DNA of 45,538 nucleotides from Myxococcales bacterium (GTDB taxonomy: Bacteria; Myxococcota_A; UBA9042). Below, piece by piece: positions 10,501 through 20,385 of this stretch. The notes below the pieces were generated by a model. The model was given only the letters and a program-made list of their open reading frames with translations. It had not been told where the DNA came from and did not search any database. The position numbers and the translations under genes were made by a program. Each line of letters begins with the position of its first letter. Positions within the stretch are counted from its first letter, which is position 1. The stretch lies in assembly GCA_037441385.1 (NCBI GenBank), contig JBBISH010000040.1:1-45538 (forward strand), given 5' to 3'.

Positions 10501-11158
10501 TGTCCTTGACGCATTGCTTGCCCGAACCCTTGACGCCTTTGCTTTCGGTGCAGGTGTAGCCGGGCGCGCAGGTGCCCGAATCCGAGCAGTCCGAGCCGCA
10601 GAAACTGCCCACGCCAGGATAGGTTACGCACAGTCCGGCGTCGCCGGCCGAAGCGCAGGCTTCGTCGCTCGAGCAGGGGTCGCACAGGTGCAAGGCCTTG
10701 GGCAAGCAGGCAAACACGGGGTCCACGTCGCCCAGTTGGCCGCATTTCCAGCCCGAGGGGCAGCAATCGGTGCACTTGACCGTGCAGGTTTTGCCGTTGG
10801 GGGTGTCGATGCAAAGGGCTGAGTCGCAGTCGGCGGCCGTGGTGCAGGCCGCGCCGGGTTGGCCGGCCAGCGGTTGCGCGCCGAATTCACAGGTCTTGAC
10901 GGTCGCGTCGCTGGAACCATCGGTCTGCGTCTCGCTGCCCGCCGCGTCCGAGGGAACGCCGTCCAAACCCAGCGTATCGAGCAGACCGCCAAAAACGTCT
11001 TTGATGGTGCTGGCGTCGCCTGTGACCGGGGTGCCGGTGTTGCTGACCGGGTCTGTGCCGCAGCTGGCCAGCGCGAGTGCGAGCGTCAAGCCCGCTGCGA
11101 ACCGGGCGAGTGACCGCCGGCTGATTGGCCAATGCTCTGAAATTTTTAGAGTATGCAT
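7544..11158 (-). CDS. Giant Cys/Asp-rich lipoprotein with ~10 MopE-like putative metal-binding repeats
   Basis: Lipobox LALASC; ~70-aa repeats of DCDD..P.x.P.A.E.CNG.DDNC.G.TDE plus D.D.D.xG and CLC. Start taken at ATG 11158, although the frame is open to 11500. Confidence 0.88.
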   Translation of the reverse strand: MHTLKISEHWPISRRSLARFAAGLTLALALASCGTDPVSNTGTPVTGDASTIKDVFGGLLDTLGLDGVPSDAAGSETQTDGSSDATVKTCEFGAQPLAGQPGAACTTAADCDSALCIDTPNGKTCTVKCTDCCPSGWKCGQLGDVDPVFACLPKALHLCDPCSSDEACASAGDAGLCVTYPGVGSFCGSDCSDSGTCAPGYTCTESKGVKGSGKQCVKDNATCECSKKASETGMSGTCVNSNSFGTCTGTRTCSTAGLSACNAPAAAAESCNGKDDNCDGKTDEAGASGCKIYWIDGDDDGYGGSEATGGSSQCLCAKVAPYVSATSTDCDDTNPAIGPFATEKCDDLDNDCDGLTDEDCDDDKDGYCHAKMEVVGKPKICPKGGGDCEDTLPDVHPGATEICGNSIDDDCNGLTDSEENAQGCTKFYFDSDKDSWGTGTPKCLCAPANSYSAAQAGDCADADPTVSPAAKEICGNGKDDNCDGNTDADEGATGCKQYYIDGDLDGFGGGTGKCLCNPFGDYTNTKGGDCDDTKPAYNPSVPEVCTSSDPTAQPVDENCNGQTDEQNATGCTTFFADVDGDKYGDSADFKCLCAPVGKYTATVSGDCEDTKPEVHPNAVETCNGIDDNCNFVADEVGANGCTILYADIDMDGAGNPNQTACMCQKSAPYTAAAGDDCDDTNKDIHPGAVEKCNGVDDNCDGQTDEEGAAGCSQFYLDADGDQWGVKSSVKCLCAPAGSYTAVKIGDCDDTNKLVSPQATESCLTPGVDDNCNGQTDENNADSCLSYFIDLDSDGWGAAKAPPVCMCKPNFPYTAIQGGDCNDGDETTYPSAKEYCDGKDTNCDTIPDNEGAEGCKAYYADADGDMYGVTANAKCLCAGVGAYDTTKNNDCNDANPAINPGAAEICNGQDDNCNGITDSDAVGATTYYQDLDKDNVGAGIGVVLCAPTGKYTATIDGDCNDGDPTINKLAAEVCDNKDNDCDGQTDNAPVTQLCPAANNATPVCSKGVCSLSCTGTFFNVNGAYNDGCECKADNNFSKNNSCGNAIDLGKVPDTGAQVTAGGNLMPGESGDWFKFTAIDTPDANGACDAFNERIALTTNPGNVFAFDVYRGSCTAILCSGVVQHNWSTNYYGNQPSGPGISNNVPGGAVVPSPSPEKGGECKCTATPGAPGMNVCSDNTAVFYVRVYRTTAGCDDYGITVNNGTP

Positions 11159-11305
11159 CTTCGGGGTGGACACGGACCGGCCTCCTCGCAGACTTGGCTT
11201 CCCAAACCGAACGTCCAGCGCTACTGGATTGCCCGCCGCGACAGCGAGGCAAAAACGACGCTCCATTCTGACTGTAACAAACTTGCCGCGCAGATTCCTA
11301 GTGGC

Positions 11306-11467
11306 TGTTGCGCACCCCACCTGCTTCCCCCCTGTGCGGCCTCTCTGACCTGCCGTACAACTGGCGAGAATCAGGCGTGGATCCCAGTTCTGGCCCGAAG
11401 AATCGCCAACGTTTTTGAGCCGAATCAAGCGCATTCCGTTCGATTCGTGACGTTCGGATGCGCAGTG
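11306..11467. repeat. Dispersed ~160-bp repeat, copy B (MITE/REP-like)
   Basis: 11306-11442 aligns without gaps to 17171-17307 (104/137 identities by hand). Imperfect terminal IR TGCGCACCCCA / TCGGATGCGCA. Confidence 0.85.
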
Positions 11468-11591
11468 CGCGTTGCCGCGGGACCGCGATTGACCTAGCAT
11501 GGCCGAACGCGACCGGGTTCGCGCGCAATCAGCTCATGTTTTCAAGCCACTCCACGGAATCGATCGCGGCGCTGACGGGCAGGTGTGCGCC

Positions 11592-12431
11592 ATGACGGAC
11601 GCCGTCGCCCCCTACAGTCCTGCCTCGCCACTGGTCGCCCAGGTCACTGCGCACCGCGTGCTCGCGCCCGACGACGGCGCCGGCGAGGTTTGTGAGATCG
11701 AAATTGCCTGGACGGACCACGAGTTGCAGTGGCGTCCCGGCCAGTCGGTCGGCGTCATTCCGCCTGGGCTCAATGCCCGCGGTCGGCCCAACGTGCCGCG
11801 CCTGTATTCACTGGCCAGCGCGTGCACGCCAGGGGTCCGCCAGCTGACGTTGCTGGTGCGGCGCTCGCTACACCGCGATCTTGCTAGCGGTTTGCGCGGC
11901 AGCGGCCTGTGCTCCAGCTACCTGTGCGATGCGCGGCCGGGGGATACGCTGCGGCTTACGGGCCCCGTGGGCCAAATCCTGGACTTGCCGCCGGACCCGG
12001 TGGTGCCCTGGATTCTGCTCGCCACCGGCACGGGGATCGCGCCGTTTCGCGGGTTTCTTCAGCACTGGCAGAGGCTTGAGGCAGCATACCGGCCGCCAGT
12101 CTGGCTGATCCACGGGGCGCGGAGCCAGGCCGAACTGGCTTGGCACGGCGAATTCGTGAGCCAAGCGGCCGCGGACCCGCGCTGGCTGTACCAGGCGGTG
12201 CGATCGCGCGAGGACGCGGCGATCGACGGCGTGCGTCCCCACGTCGACCGGATCTTGGACAGCGAAATCGAAAGGTTGCGCGATTGGCTGGCGCGCGGTA
12301 CCGTCGTGTACTGTTGCGGTGTGCGCGGCATGGTCGGCGGCGTGGAGTCGGCGCTGGCCAAGGCCACGGGCCGGCCAGACGCTGGGGCCCAGCTCGAACG
12401 CGACATGCGCCTCCGCGTCGAGGTCTACTGA
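11592..12431 (+). CDS. Ferredoxin-NADP+ reductase (plant-type FNR family)
   Basis: RLYSLAS, GLCSSYL, GPVG, ATGTGIAPF, CG..GM and terminal VEVY. Confidence 0.9.
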   Translation: MTDAVAPYSPASPLVAQVTAHRVLAPDDGAGEVCEIEIAWTDHELQWRPGQSVGVIPPGLNARGRPNVPRLYSLASACTPGVRQLTLLVRRSLHRDLASGLRGSGLCSSYLCDARPGDTLRLTGPVGQILDLPPDPVVPWILLATGTGIAPFRGFLQHWQRLEAAYRPPVWLIHGARSQAELAWHGEFVSQAAADPRWLYQAVRSREDAAIDGVRPHVDRILDSEIERLRDWLARGTVVYCCGVRGMVGGVESALAKATGRPDAGAQLERDMRLRVEVY

Positions 12432-13648
12432 GCCAGCACCGGCTTTGGGCGGCGCACGGTCCGCTCGAGCGCCCACAGCAGCGGCGGCAGCAAAAGCGTC
12501 ATCGCCATCGAGAGCGCCGCCACCTTGGGCATGCCAGCTAGCCGATGATCCGGCTGCTCTTGGAGGATTTGCGACGAGGCAAACGCGCCGATCGAAGCGG
12601 CTACGTGCTGCACAGCGGACTGCAGCGACAAGAACGCGGCGCGCTCGTTCGGCCCCGGCACCAGCGTCATCACCGTTTGCACGGGTACATTGCGGAAGGC
12701 CATGGCCAAGAAGAAGGCCAGAAACAGGGCCTCGACCGGAATCAGAGGAACCTCGACTAGGTAGCCGATCCCCACCACCACGAACAGCAGGGCGGCGCCA
12801 ACGCTGCCCACGGCAAAAGAGCCGAAGCGATCGACCATGCGACCGGCCGCGCGGGTCGCAAAGAAACTCACGATGCCGCCAAACAGGTACAGGCCGCCCA
12901 GGCGGTCGCGCGCAAAGCCCAAATTCAGCTGCAGATAGCTGGCGATGTTTGGGATCAGGCAAAACGCGCCAACCATGACCACCGACGTCATGACCGCCGC
13001 CAACCGCACGCGGGGCTCGCGCAGCAGCGGGATCAAACCGGTGGCGGGCTGCTCGCGGCGCAGGTGGCCGGTCATCTTGGGCAGCAGAATCCAAGCGGCC
13101 AGGGCGACCGCACCGGCCAAGGCGGCAACGGCAAAGAACGGCGTGCGCCAGCTGCCGCGGCGGGCCAGCTCCAGACCCGCAGGGACGCCCAGCACCGACG
13201 CAGCGGCAAAGGCCCCCATGACCGAGCCCATCGCCTTGCCGCGCCGCTCGGCTGGGACCACGTCGGCGATGATCGACATGGCGGTGGCCGTGGCCGGTCC
13301 GCCGCAGAAGCCCGCCAAAACCCGTGCGGCGATCAGCCCTTGCAGGCTGTTGACCATGCCGCCCATCGCGGTGCCGGCCATCAGCCCCAACGTCGCGACG
13401 ACCAAGGCCGTGCGGCGGTCGAAACGCTCTAGCCATATCGAGCCCACCACGCCGGCCACGGCTGCGGCCGCGGTGTAGGCCCCGCCGATGTAGCCCAAAT
13501 GGGCGGTCGAGATGCCCAGCTCGCGCGCGAAGTCGGGGCCCAGCGGCATGACCATCATGAAGTCGAGAATATTGGCAAATTGCACGGCGCCGATCACAAA
13601 GACCAGCGACCGCTCGTTCAGGCGGCCTAGCGAAGGGGTGGTGGGCAT
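12425..13648 (-). CDS. MFS transporter (DHA1-like)
   Basis: Many hydrophobic segments, ERFDRR motif A, ARVLAG, D.VP.ERRG.AMG; start MPTTP (13648). Confidence 0.9.
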   Translation of the reverse strand: MPTTPSLGRLNERSLVFVIGAVQFANILDFMMVMPLGPDFARELGISTAHLGYIGGAYTAAAAVAGVVGSIWLERFDRRTALVVATLGLMAGTAMGGMVNSLQGLIAARVLAGFCGGPATATAMSIIADVVPAERRGKAMGSVMGAFAAASVLGVPAGLELARRGSWRTPFFAVAALAGAVALAAWILLPKMTGHLRREQPATGLIPLLREPRVRLAAVMTSVVMVGAFCLIPNIASYLQLNLGFARDRLGGLYLFGGIVSFFATRAAGRMVDRFGSFAVGSVGAALLFVVVGIGYLVEVPLIPVEALFLAFFLAMAFRNVPVQTVMTLVPGPNERAAFLSLQSAVQHVAASIGAFASSQILQEQPDHRLAGMPKVAALSMAMTLLLPPLLWALERTVRRPKPVLAQ

Positions 13649-13832
13649 GATGGCGCAGGGCCGGCCGAAGCCAGCAGGTAGGGGAACCGGAAGATCATCG
13701 CACGCGCGCCAACGCTGGCCGCCGCGGCGGCTCACAGGGTAGTGATGCTTGGGCTGACTGCAAGCCGGCGCGCGATTCGAGCTGCCCGCACCTGCCAACT
13801 GGCACCAGGGGGCCGTCCGTCGGCTCGTCGTG

Positions 13833-14138
13833 CTAGATCGGCAGCGTCGCGCACACGGTGGCGCACAGATCGAACACCGAGCGGTCGATCACCGAGTAGA
13901 ACGCCGTGTTCTTCTGCTGGCGACGCTGCACCAGCTTGGCCTGCAGCAGCACCTTCAGGTGCTTGCTCACGTTGGGCTGCGTGGTGCCCAGTTGGTTGGC
14001 CAAGTCGGTGACGCTGCACTCGCCGCTGAACAGACGGTACAGCAGGCGCAGGCGCAGGGGCTCGCCAAGAATCCGAAAACGCGAGGCGATTTCGGCAATT
14101 TGGAGGTCGGTCAGGTCGGGCTTGAGGTTGGCGTGCAT
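13833..14138 (-). CDS. ArsR/SmtB-family transcriptional repressor
   Basis: F..LGEP.RL.LL, SV..L......QPNVSKHLKVL....LV, with a C-terminal CxxxC. Confidence 0.92.
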   Translation of the reverse strand: MHANLKPDLTDLQIAEIASRFRILGEPLRLRLLYRLFSGECSVTDLANQLGTTQPNVSKHLKVLLQAKLVQRRQQKNTAFYSVIDRSVFDLCATVCATLPI

Positions 14139-14220
14139 GTCGATTTCCTTGTCGGCTGGCAGAAGACGATCGTTCGCGAGCGAGGGGCCCGTTCGTCGTG
14201 GTGGATTGCCGAGCGCGAAA

Positions 14221-14275
14221 TCTATCTTAGAAAATTCTCAGAGAAAACCCAAATTACTATAGTTAATGAAACCAA
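14221..14275. promoter_or_regulatory. AT-rich putative promoter/operator upstream of the ArsR gene
   Basis: Strongly AT-rich tract with near-palindrome ATTACTATAGTTAAT (14253-14267; perfect core ACTATAGT). Confidence 0.4.
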
Positions 14276-14326
14276 AAGGGAATGTGCGCGCGGAAGCGTC
14301 CGGACGGGCAATTCTTTGCAGCCCTA

Positions 14327-14428
14327 CAGTACTTCATAGAAGGCGGACGATGCCTGGCCATTATGCGGTTTCCGTCCCAATCGGCTCGAAAACTCCTGCA
14401 ATTCTTCGAGCCCGAACCGGGGTTCGTA

Positions 14429-14431
<3 letters not shown>
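14327..14431. repeat. Dispersed repeat copy C (inverted, internally deleted)
   Basis: Reverse complement of 14366-14423 matches copy A at 48/58 by hand. Ends are CAGTAC...GTACTA, and the right end overlaps the mgtE TAG stop. Confidence 0.8.
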
Positions 14432-15727
<1,296 letters not shown>

Positions 15728-15895
15728 GTTTGCCTCGCCGTCGCGCTGCCCAGGCCGCCGGGCGCTCCGATACCACGATTCGACGCGCAGCGAAACCCCG
15801 CCGGTGCAGGTTCGGCCGTGGCTTGGGTCCGCGGAGTCCTCTATGCTAGGCAAAGCGGGGACGGCGCTGGGCGGCGGCCGCGGGCGGGGCGACGG

Positions 15896-16423
15896 ATGAA
15901 CGGCAAGGCAAGTACTTCAAAGCGCAGGCAAAGTGTCTACGCGTGGGTGTTGGCGGCGGCGATCGCTGCGAGCCTAGCCGGGTTGGCGGCGCCGGCCCAG
16001 GCCCTACCGGGCTTGGGCGAGGTCTATGTGGCCGGCGGCGGCCGATCGTTTGGCGGCATCCCCAGCCTGACCGCCTCGTACGACGCCCTGAAGTACGGCT
16101 GGACCCTGGAGCTCGGTATCGACGACTTGTCGCTGCTGCGACAGTGGGGCATCGGTTTTCGCGCCGACTGGCCGGGTGAGAAAGCACAGAAAAACGTCGA
16201 GATCCGCTACATGCTGCTCAACGTGGCCACGGTGCGCACGATTGCCTCGGCCTCGATCGGCTTGGGCGACGACTACAAGCCCGACGGGCGTTTTGGCGGC
16301 ATTCTCTCGTTCCGCACGGTGCTGGGGCTGCCGTACGTGGCCACGTCTTTTGGCCTTTTTCGCGATCCCAACCACAACTCGCTCAGCAGTGCGATGTTCT
16401 TGGTCGGCGGGCTGAGTTTCTGA
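15896..16423 (+). CDS. Small exported protein, probable outer-membrane beta-barrel
   Basis: Signal peptide ending AQA, alternating beta-strand pattern, C-terminal Phe (GGLSF). Confidence 0.6.
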   Translation: MNGKASTSKRRQSVYAWVLAAAIAASLAGLAAPAQALPGLGEVYVAGGGRSFGGIPSLTASYDALKYGWTLELGIDDLSLLRQWGIGFRADWPGEKAQKNVEIRYMLLNVATVRTIASASIGLGDDYKPDGRFGGILSFRTVLGLPYVATSFGLFRDPNHNSLSSAMFLVGGLSF

Positions 16424-16426
16424 CGG

Positions 16427-17341
16427 CTAATCGGCGCGCTTGAGCTCGGGCGGGATGAAGAACGACACGCCGGCCATGACCACCAAGTGATCCATGTACG
16501 CTGCGCCCGGTGGCTGATTGTTGCGGTCGACCGAGAGCACCCGCTGGATGAACACATCGTTCAGGTCCAGCGTGATCGCCAGCACCCGCGACAGGAACAG
16601 CCGACCACCACCGCCCACGCCGGGTGCCAGCGAGAACGTCGGCGGCGGCGAACCCTGACCACTCGAAGCGATGCCAGGGGTCCACGCCAAACCCACCGAC
16701 AGGTTGACGTGGAAATCGTAGTTCATCGGCAGCGAGTCCAGCAGCATGAACTTGCCCACCAGCGGCGCCACCGACACGCGCAAACCCGCCAAGGCGGCAA
16801 CGCGTGAAGTCTCCATCGAGAACGACTCGTTGTGCTTGCTGACCAGGGTGCTGATCGTCTTGGCGGCCGCCGTGTCGACCGGGATACCCACCGCCAAATC
16901 CGCGCCCACGGCCAGCCAGTCGGTCAGGTGGAGATCGTAGCGCGCGCCGGGCAGCAAGTTGCGCACGTAGGGATCGCCCAGCGTCGAGCCGAAGAGAACG
17001 CCGATTTCTTGACGCCCGGCCCGGTATTGCGTGTTGCGGCGCACGACCGGGCTGCCTTCTAGCACGTCGTCGGCCTGGGCAGGAGTCGCTACGACCAGCG
17101 GGGCGACGCATACCAGGGCAACGGCCAGGGCCAGCAGACGCGACGAAAGAGCCACCGGGCGTGCGGCATTTGATACGAACCCCATCTGATTCACGCGTGT
17201 GCGGTTTCTCTGACCCGGTCTGCAACCAGCGAGAATCAGGCGGGGACCCCGGTTCGGCCCCGAGGAATCGCCGGAGTTTTCGAGCCGAATTGGACGAATT
17301 CCGTACGAGCTGCGGTGCGATGGGGGCATAGGGTGCTGCAC
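16427..17341 (-). CDS. Myxobacterial outer-membrane beta-barrel protein (GltA/GltB-like)
   Basis: Signal peptide ...PAQA, YR.GR.E........DPY, P..GKF, GGG.R.F, G.SFF.P. Start is either GTG 17341 (GGAG upstream) or ATG 17185. Confidence 0.75.
   Translation of the reverse strand: MQHPMPPSHRSSYGIRPIRLENSGDSSGPNRGPRLILAGCRPGQRNRTRVNQMGFVSNAARPVALSSRLLALAVALVCVAPLVVATPAQADDVLEGSPVVRRNTQYRAGRQEIGVLFGSTLGDPYVRNLLPGARYDLHLTDWLAVGADLAVGIPVDTAAAKTISTLVSKHNESFSMETSRVAALAGLRVSVAPLVGKFMLLDSLPMNYDFHVNLSVGLAWTPGIASSGQGSPPPTFSLAPGVGGGGRLFLSRVLAITLDLNDVFIQRVLSVDRNNQPPGAAYMDHLVVMAGVSFFIPPELKRAD
17171..17333. repeat. Dispersed ~160-bp repeat, copy A
   Basis: Gap-free match to 11306-11442. Imperfect terminal IR TACGAACCCCATC / GATGGGGGCATA. 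Confidence 0.85.
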
Positions 17342-17401
17342 GCGGACTCCGATTCTGGGCGAAAGTTGGGGCGGCGAACGGCGATGCCAACGCGGGCGCA
17401 G

Positions 17402-18373
17402 CTAGCGCGGGTGCTTGTATTGGACGGTGGGCGGCAGCCAGAAGCCGAGCTTGATGCCGCCGAACACTTGTTGCATCACGCGATTGCTGTCGTTCAGGTA
17501 ACCTTCGCTGTAAATAATGTCACGCAGTTCGAGCGACAGCGACAGCCATCGCGCAGTGTGGAAGCGCAGGCCAACGCCCGCCAATCCATAGACCTTGATG
17601 TTCTCGCCTCGCGAAGTCCGCAGACCACCGCCGCCCAGCATGCCGTAGCCGTCGATCTGCAGCACCCATTGGCCGAACACCGCGAACTTGCCGACGACCG
17701 GGCTGAATTCCACAAAGCCGTGGCCGCCGGCTTGCAGCGTCGACTTTTCTGGAAACAGGCCAAAGTCGCGCTGGATCTGGCCGAATTCCGGCTTGGTCGT
17801 GCCGAACCACTTGGCGCCGCCCGCACCCACCGCCCAGTGCTCGTTGATGTGGAATAGCAGGTCCACGTCGGCCGAGTAGTGGTGGAACATGGGGGCGGCC
17901 ATGGACGATCCGCCGCCCAGCTGCAATTCGACGCGCTTGGCCTTGATCAGGTAGCGCTGCTGGAATGCCTGAACCGACTTGAACAATTCCGCTTCGCCCT
18001 GCTCGGCGAGTTCGCGAGTCAGGGCCGTGCGCTTGGCGCCCGACTCGCCGCCGTCGCCCGGCTGAGCCACCGCCGGCGTATCACCCGCGGGTGGAGCCCC
18101 TTCTGCTGGGGCGGCGGCCCCTTCGGCCGCGGGCGGCGGATCCCCTTCGGCAGCCTGGGCGGCGCGACCGGGCGTGGCGGCCACCAAGGCAAGCACCACG
18201 GCCAAGCACGCGGCGCGCAGGCCCGCTATCCAAGTCGACGGCAAGAACTCGCACGGGGCTGCGAGGCGGGCCTGTTCGATTTTGCCGATGCCGGCCTGCT
18301 CGGTACGCTGCACGGTAGAGGGCCTCTGGGGCGCGAAAAGATCGCCGCGCTCCGATGCTACGAGACAGTCCAT
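17402..18373 (-). CDS. Myxobacterial outer-membrane beta-barrel protein (GltA/GltB-like), paralog of neighbour
   Basis: Q.RY..K..R.EL, FH.NE.WA, P..GKF..F, G.GLRF....L.LE.RD, G.WLP; signal peptide preceding AAEG. Start uncertain. Confidence 0.75.
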   Translation of the reverse strand: MDCLVASERGDLFAPQRPSTVQRTEQAGIGKIEQARLAAPCEFLPSTWIAGLRAACLAVVLALVAATPGRAAQAAEGDPPPAAEGAAAPAEGAPPAGDTPAVAQPGDGGESGAKRTALTRELAEQGEAELFKSVQAFQQRYLIKAKRVELQLGGGSSMAAPMFHHYSADVDLLFHINEHWAVGAGGAKWFGTTKPEFGQIQRDFGLFPEKSTLQAGGHGFVEFSPVVGKFAVFGQWVLQIDGYGMLGGGGLRTSRGENIKVYGLAGVGLRFHTARWLSLSLELRDIIYSEGYLNDSNRVMQQVFGGIKLGFWLPPTVQYKHPR

Positions 18374-18408
18374 GGAAACTCAAGCCGTCGCGGCCGACGC
18401 GCGGCCCG

Positions 18409-19284
18409 CTACTTGCTGGGGTTGTTGCGAACGAAATCTTCGATGTGGCTCCAGATTCGCGGCTGCTTGCGCGCCCAGTTCAGGTTGGCGAGCAAGTAGC
18501 CCGTCACATCGCCCGCATCGAAGCGATTGCCTTCGAACAGGTAGCCCAGCACGCCACTGGTGTTCACCATCGACGCCAGGGCATCGGTCAGCTGAATTTC
18601 GTCGCCGCGGCCGGGCACTGTGCGCGCCAGCCAGTCGAACACTACGGGATCCAAGGCGTAACGGCCCACCACCGCCAAGGTGGACGGAGCCTGCTCGACC
18701 GGCGGCTTTTCGACCAGCTTGCTGACCTGGACGCGGCGCGGATCGTTGGGGTCGGCCGTCCCCGCGGCAATTCCATACATGTGGGTGTCTTCGCGCGCCA
18801 CATTCATGAGCGCCAGCACGCTTTTGCCGGTCTGCTCGTACACGTCCATCAGCTGCCGCGCGCACGGGCGCTCGGAGTCGACCAGATCGTCCGGGAGAAA
18901 GACGACAAAAGGCTCGTCTCCGATCAGGTGGCGGGCGCACAGGATCGCGTGACCAAGGCCCAGCGGCCGCTGCTGGCGCACCGTGGACAGCTTGACCAGC
19001 TTGGTGGGCGTCACCACCTCGCGCAGCAGGGCCTCTTTGCCGGCGCGGCGCAGGCTGTCTTCTAGCTGCGGATGCGCGTCGAAGTGATCGACGATGTCGG
19101 TCTTGCCGCGACCGGTGATGATCACCACCTCTTCGATGCCCGCGGCAGCCGCCTCTTCGACGATGAGCTGGATCGAAGGCTTGTTGACGATGGGTAGCAT
19201 CTCTTTGGGGATCGCCTTGGTAGCGGGCAGGAAGCGCGTGCCCATGCCGGCGGCGGGGATGACGGCCTTGCGAATGCGTGCCAT
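18409..19284 (-). CDS. galU: UTP--glucose-1-phosphate uridylyltransferase
   Basis: KAVIPAAG.GTRFLPATKAIPKEMLP, RQ..PLGLGHA, VEKP, GRY, EIQLTDA. Confidence 0.97.
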   Translation of the reverse strand: MARIRKAVIPAAGMGTRFLPATKAIPKEMLPIVNKPSIQLIVEEAAAAGIEEVVIITGRGKTDIVDHFDAHPQLEDSLRRAGKEALLREVVTPTKLVKLSTVRQQRPLGLGHAILCARHLIGDEPFVVFLPDDLVDSERPCARQLMDVYEQTGKSVLALMNVAREDTHMYGIAAGTADPNDPRRVQVSKLVEKPPVEQAPSTLAVVGRYALDPVVFDWLARTVPGRGDEIQLTDALASMVNTSGVLGYLFEGNRFDAGDVTGYLLANLNWARKQPRIWSHIEDFVRNNPSK

Positions 19285-19304
19285 GTCTTACCTCTCTGTT
19301 TGTG

Positions 19305-20300
19305 TTATGGTTTTGCCTGTGTTGCGGGTGCCGAGGTCGCCGTGGCCGCGTTGGCCAACGGATGATCGGCGCTGTAGTTCAAGAACGCGATCACGTCGTC
19401 GATCGTGCGGTCGCGATCGGGCAGATCGGCCGGCAGCGGCGGCATGCTCGAGCGGTCGCGCACGGCCAGCGGTCGGTCGATCCAGGCGCGCAACCAGTCG
19501 CGGCTCATCCAGCGCGTGATCGGCACGGGTCGCATCAGCTCGGGGCCGCCGAGACCGCCGATCCCGCTGATTGTGTGGCACGTGGCGCAGAACTTGGCGT
19601 AGGCGCCGTAGCCGCGGGCCACCGCTTCGTCGCTGCCGGCCGCTGGCTTGAGCGCCGCGGTATTGCCCACCGACGACGACAAATCCAGCGAAGTCACGCC
19701 GGGGAGCCAACCCCACGTGCCGCGGGCGCGAATCGCCGCATCCACGTCGGAATCCCAGACCAGATACAAAGGCGCAAGGTTCAGGAACTGGCCCGACGCC
19801 GCGCGGCGCTCGACCACGAATTCGGGCCGATCCATGCGCCGCCACGCCAGCCAGGCCTTGGTTTTGATCACGTCGGCCACGGCGATCTGGGTCTGGAAGC
19901 CGCCGTCCATACCAAAGCGGATCGAGGCTTTTAGCCGCCAGCGCCGACCGTAGACGTTGTCGAGGAGGCTTTCGAGCAAGGCCCCCTCGAACGGTACGCG
20001 CGCTTCTTCGTAGGGGTCCAATACCGAAATTTGCTCGCCATTCAGCCGCTTGCCTAGCGTGCGCAGGGGCAACGACACCTCGATCTTGCCCTCGTCGCGG
20101 CATTCGAGGCGGGGACCGACTTGGGTCGCGGCTTCTTCCGCCGCTTCGGCGCTTTCGCCGGCGCTGCCGCTGGCCTTGGCCGAGATGAATTTGTTGACCC
20201 TGTCGCAACCGCTGGCCGTCATCGTCAAGACCAGCGCGGCCAGACCCACGGCGGCACCGTTTGCCGGGCGGATCGTTGGGCGGGCAGGGCGGGCAAGCAT
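19305..20300 (-). CDS. Exported monoheme c-type cytochrome with an additional N-terminal domain
   Basis: Lipoprotein-like signal (ASGC), CATCH, GG..GPEL and a distal SMP Met ligand; N-terminal domain with DPY, L..LLD, PLYLVW. Confidence 0.8.
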   Translation of the reverse strand: MLARPARPTIRPANGAAVGLAALVLTMTASGCDRVNKFISAKASGSAGESAEAAEEAATQVGPRLECRDEGKIEVSLPLRTLGKRLNGEQISVLDPYEEARVPFEGALLESLLDNVYGRRWRLKASIRFGMDGGFQTQIAVADVIKTKAWLAWRRMDRPEFVVERRAASGQFLNLAPLYLVWDSDVDAAIRARGTWGWLPGVTSLDLSSSVGNTAALKPAAGSDEAVARGYGAYAKFCATCHTISGIGGLGGPELMRPVPITRWMSRDWLRAWIDRPLAVRDRSSMPPLPADLPDRDRTIDDVIAFLNYSADHPLANAATATSAPATQAKP

Positions 20301-20385
20301 ACAGGGCGCTCCAAAGTGCGTGCGGGATGATGCACCAAGTTGCCGATTTCTGCGACCCAGACTGTTGCTGCGGCTACGCTTGCGG

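Noticed and set aside
7502..10822. 1106-aa plus-strand ORF
   Set aside because: Antisense shadow of the Cys-rich repeat gene; Val/Ala/Gly-rich with no motifs, typical of high-GC DNA.
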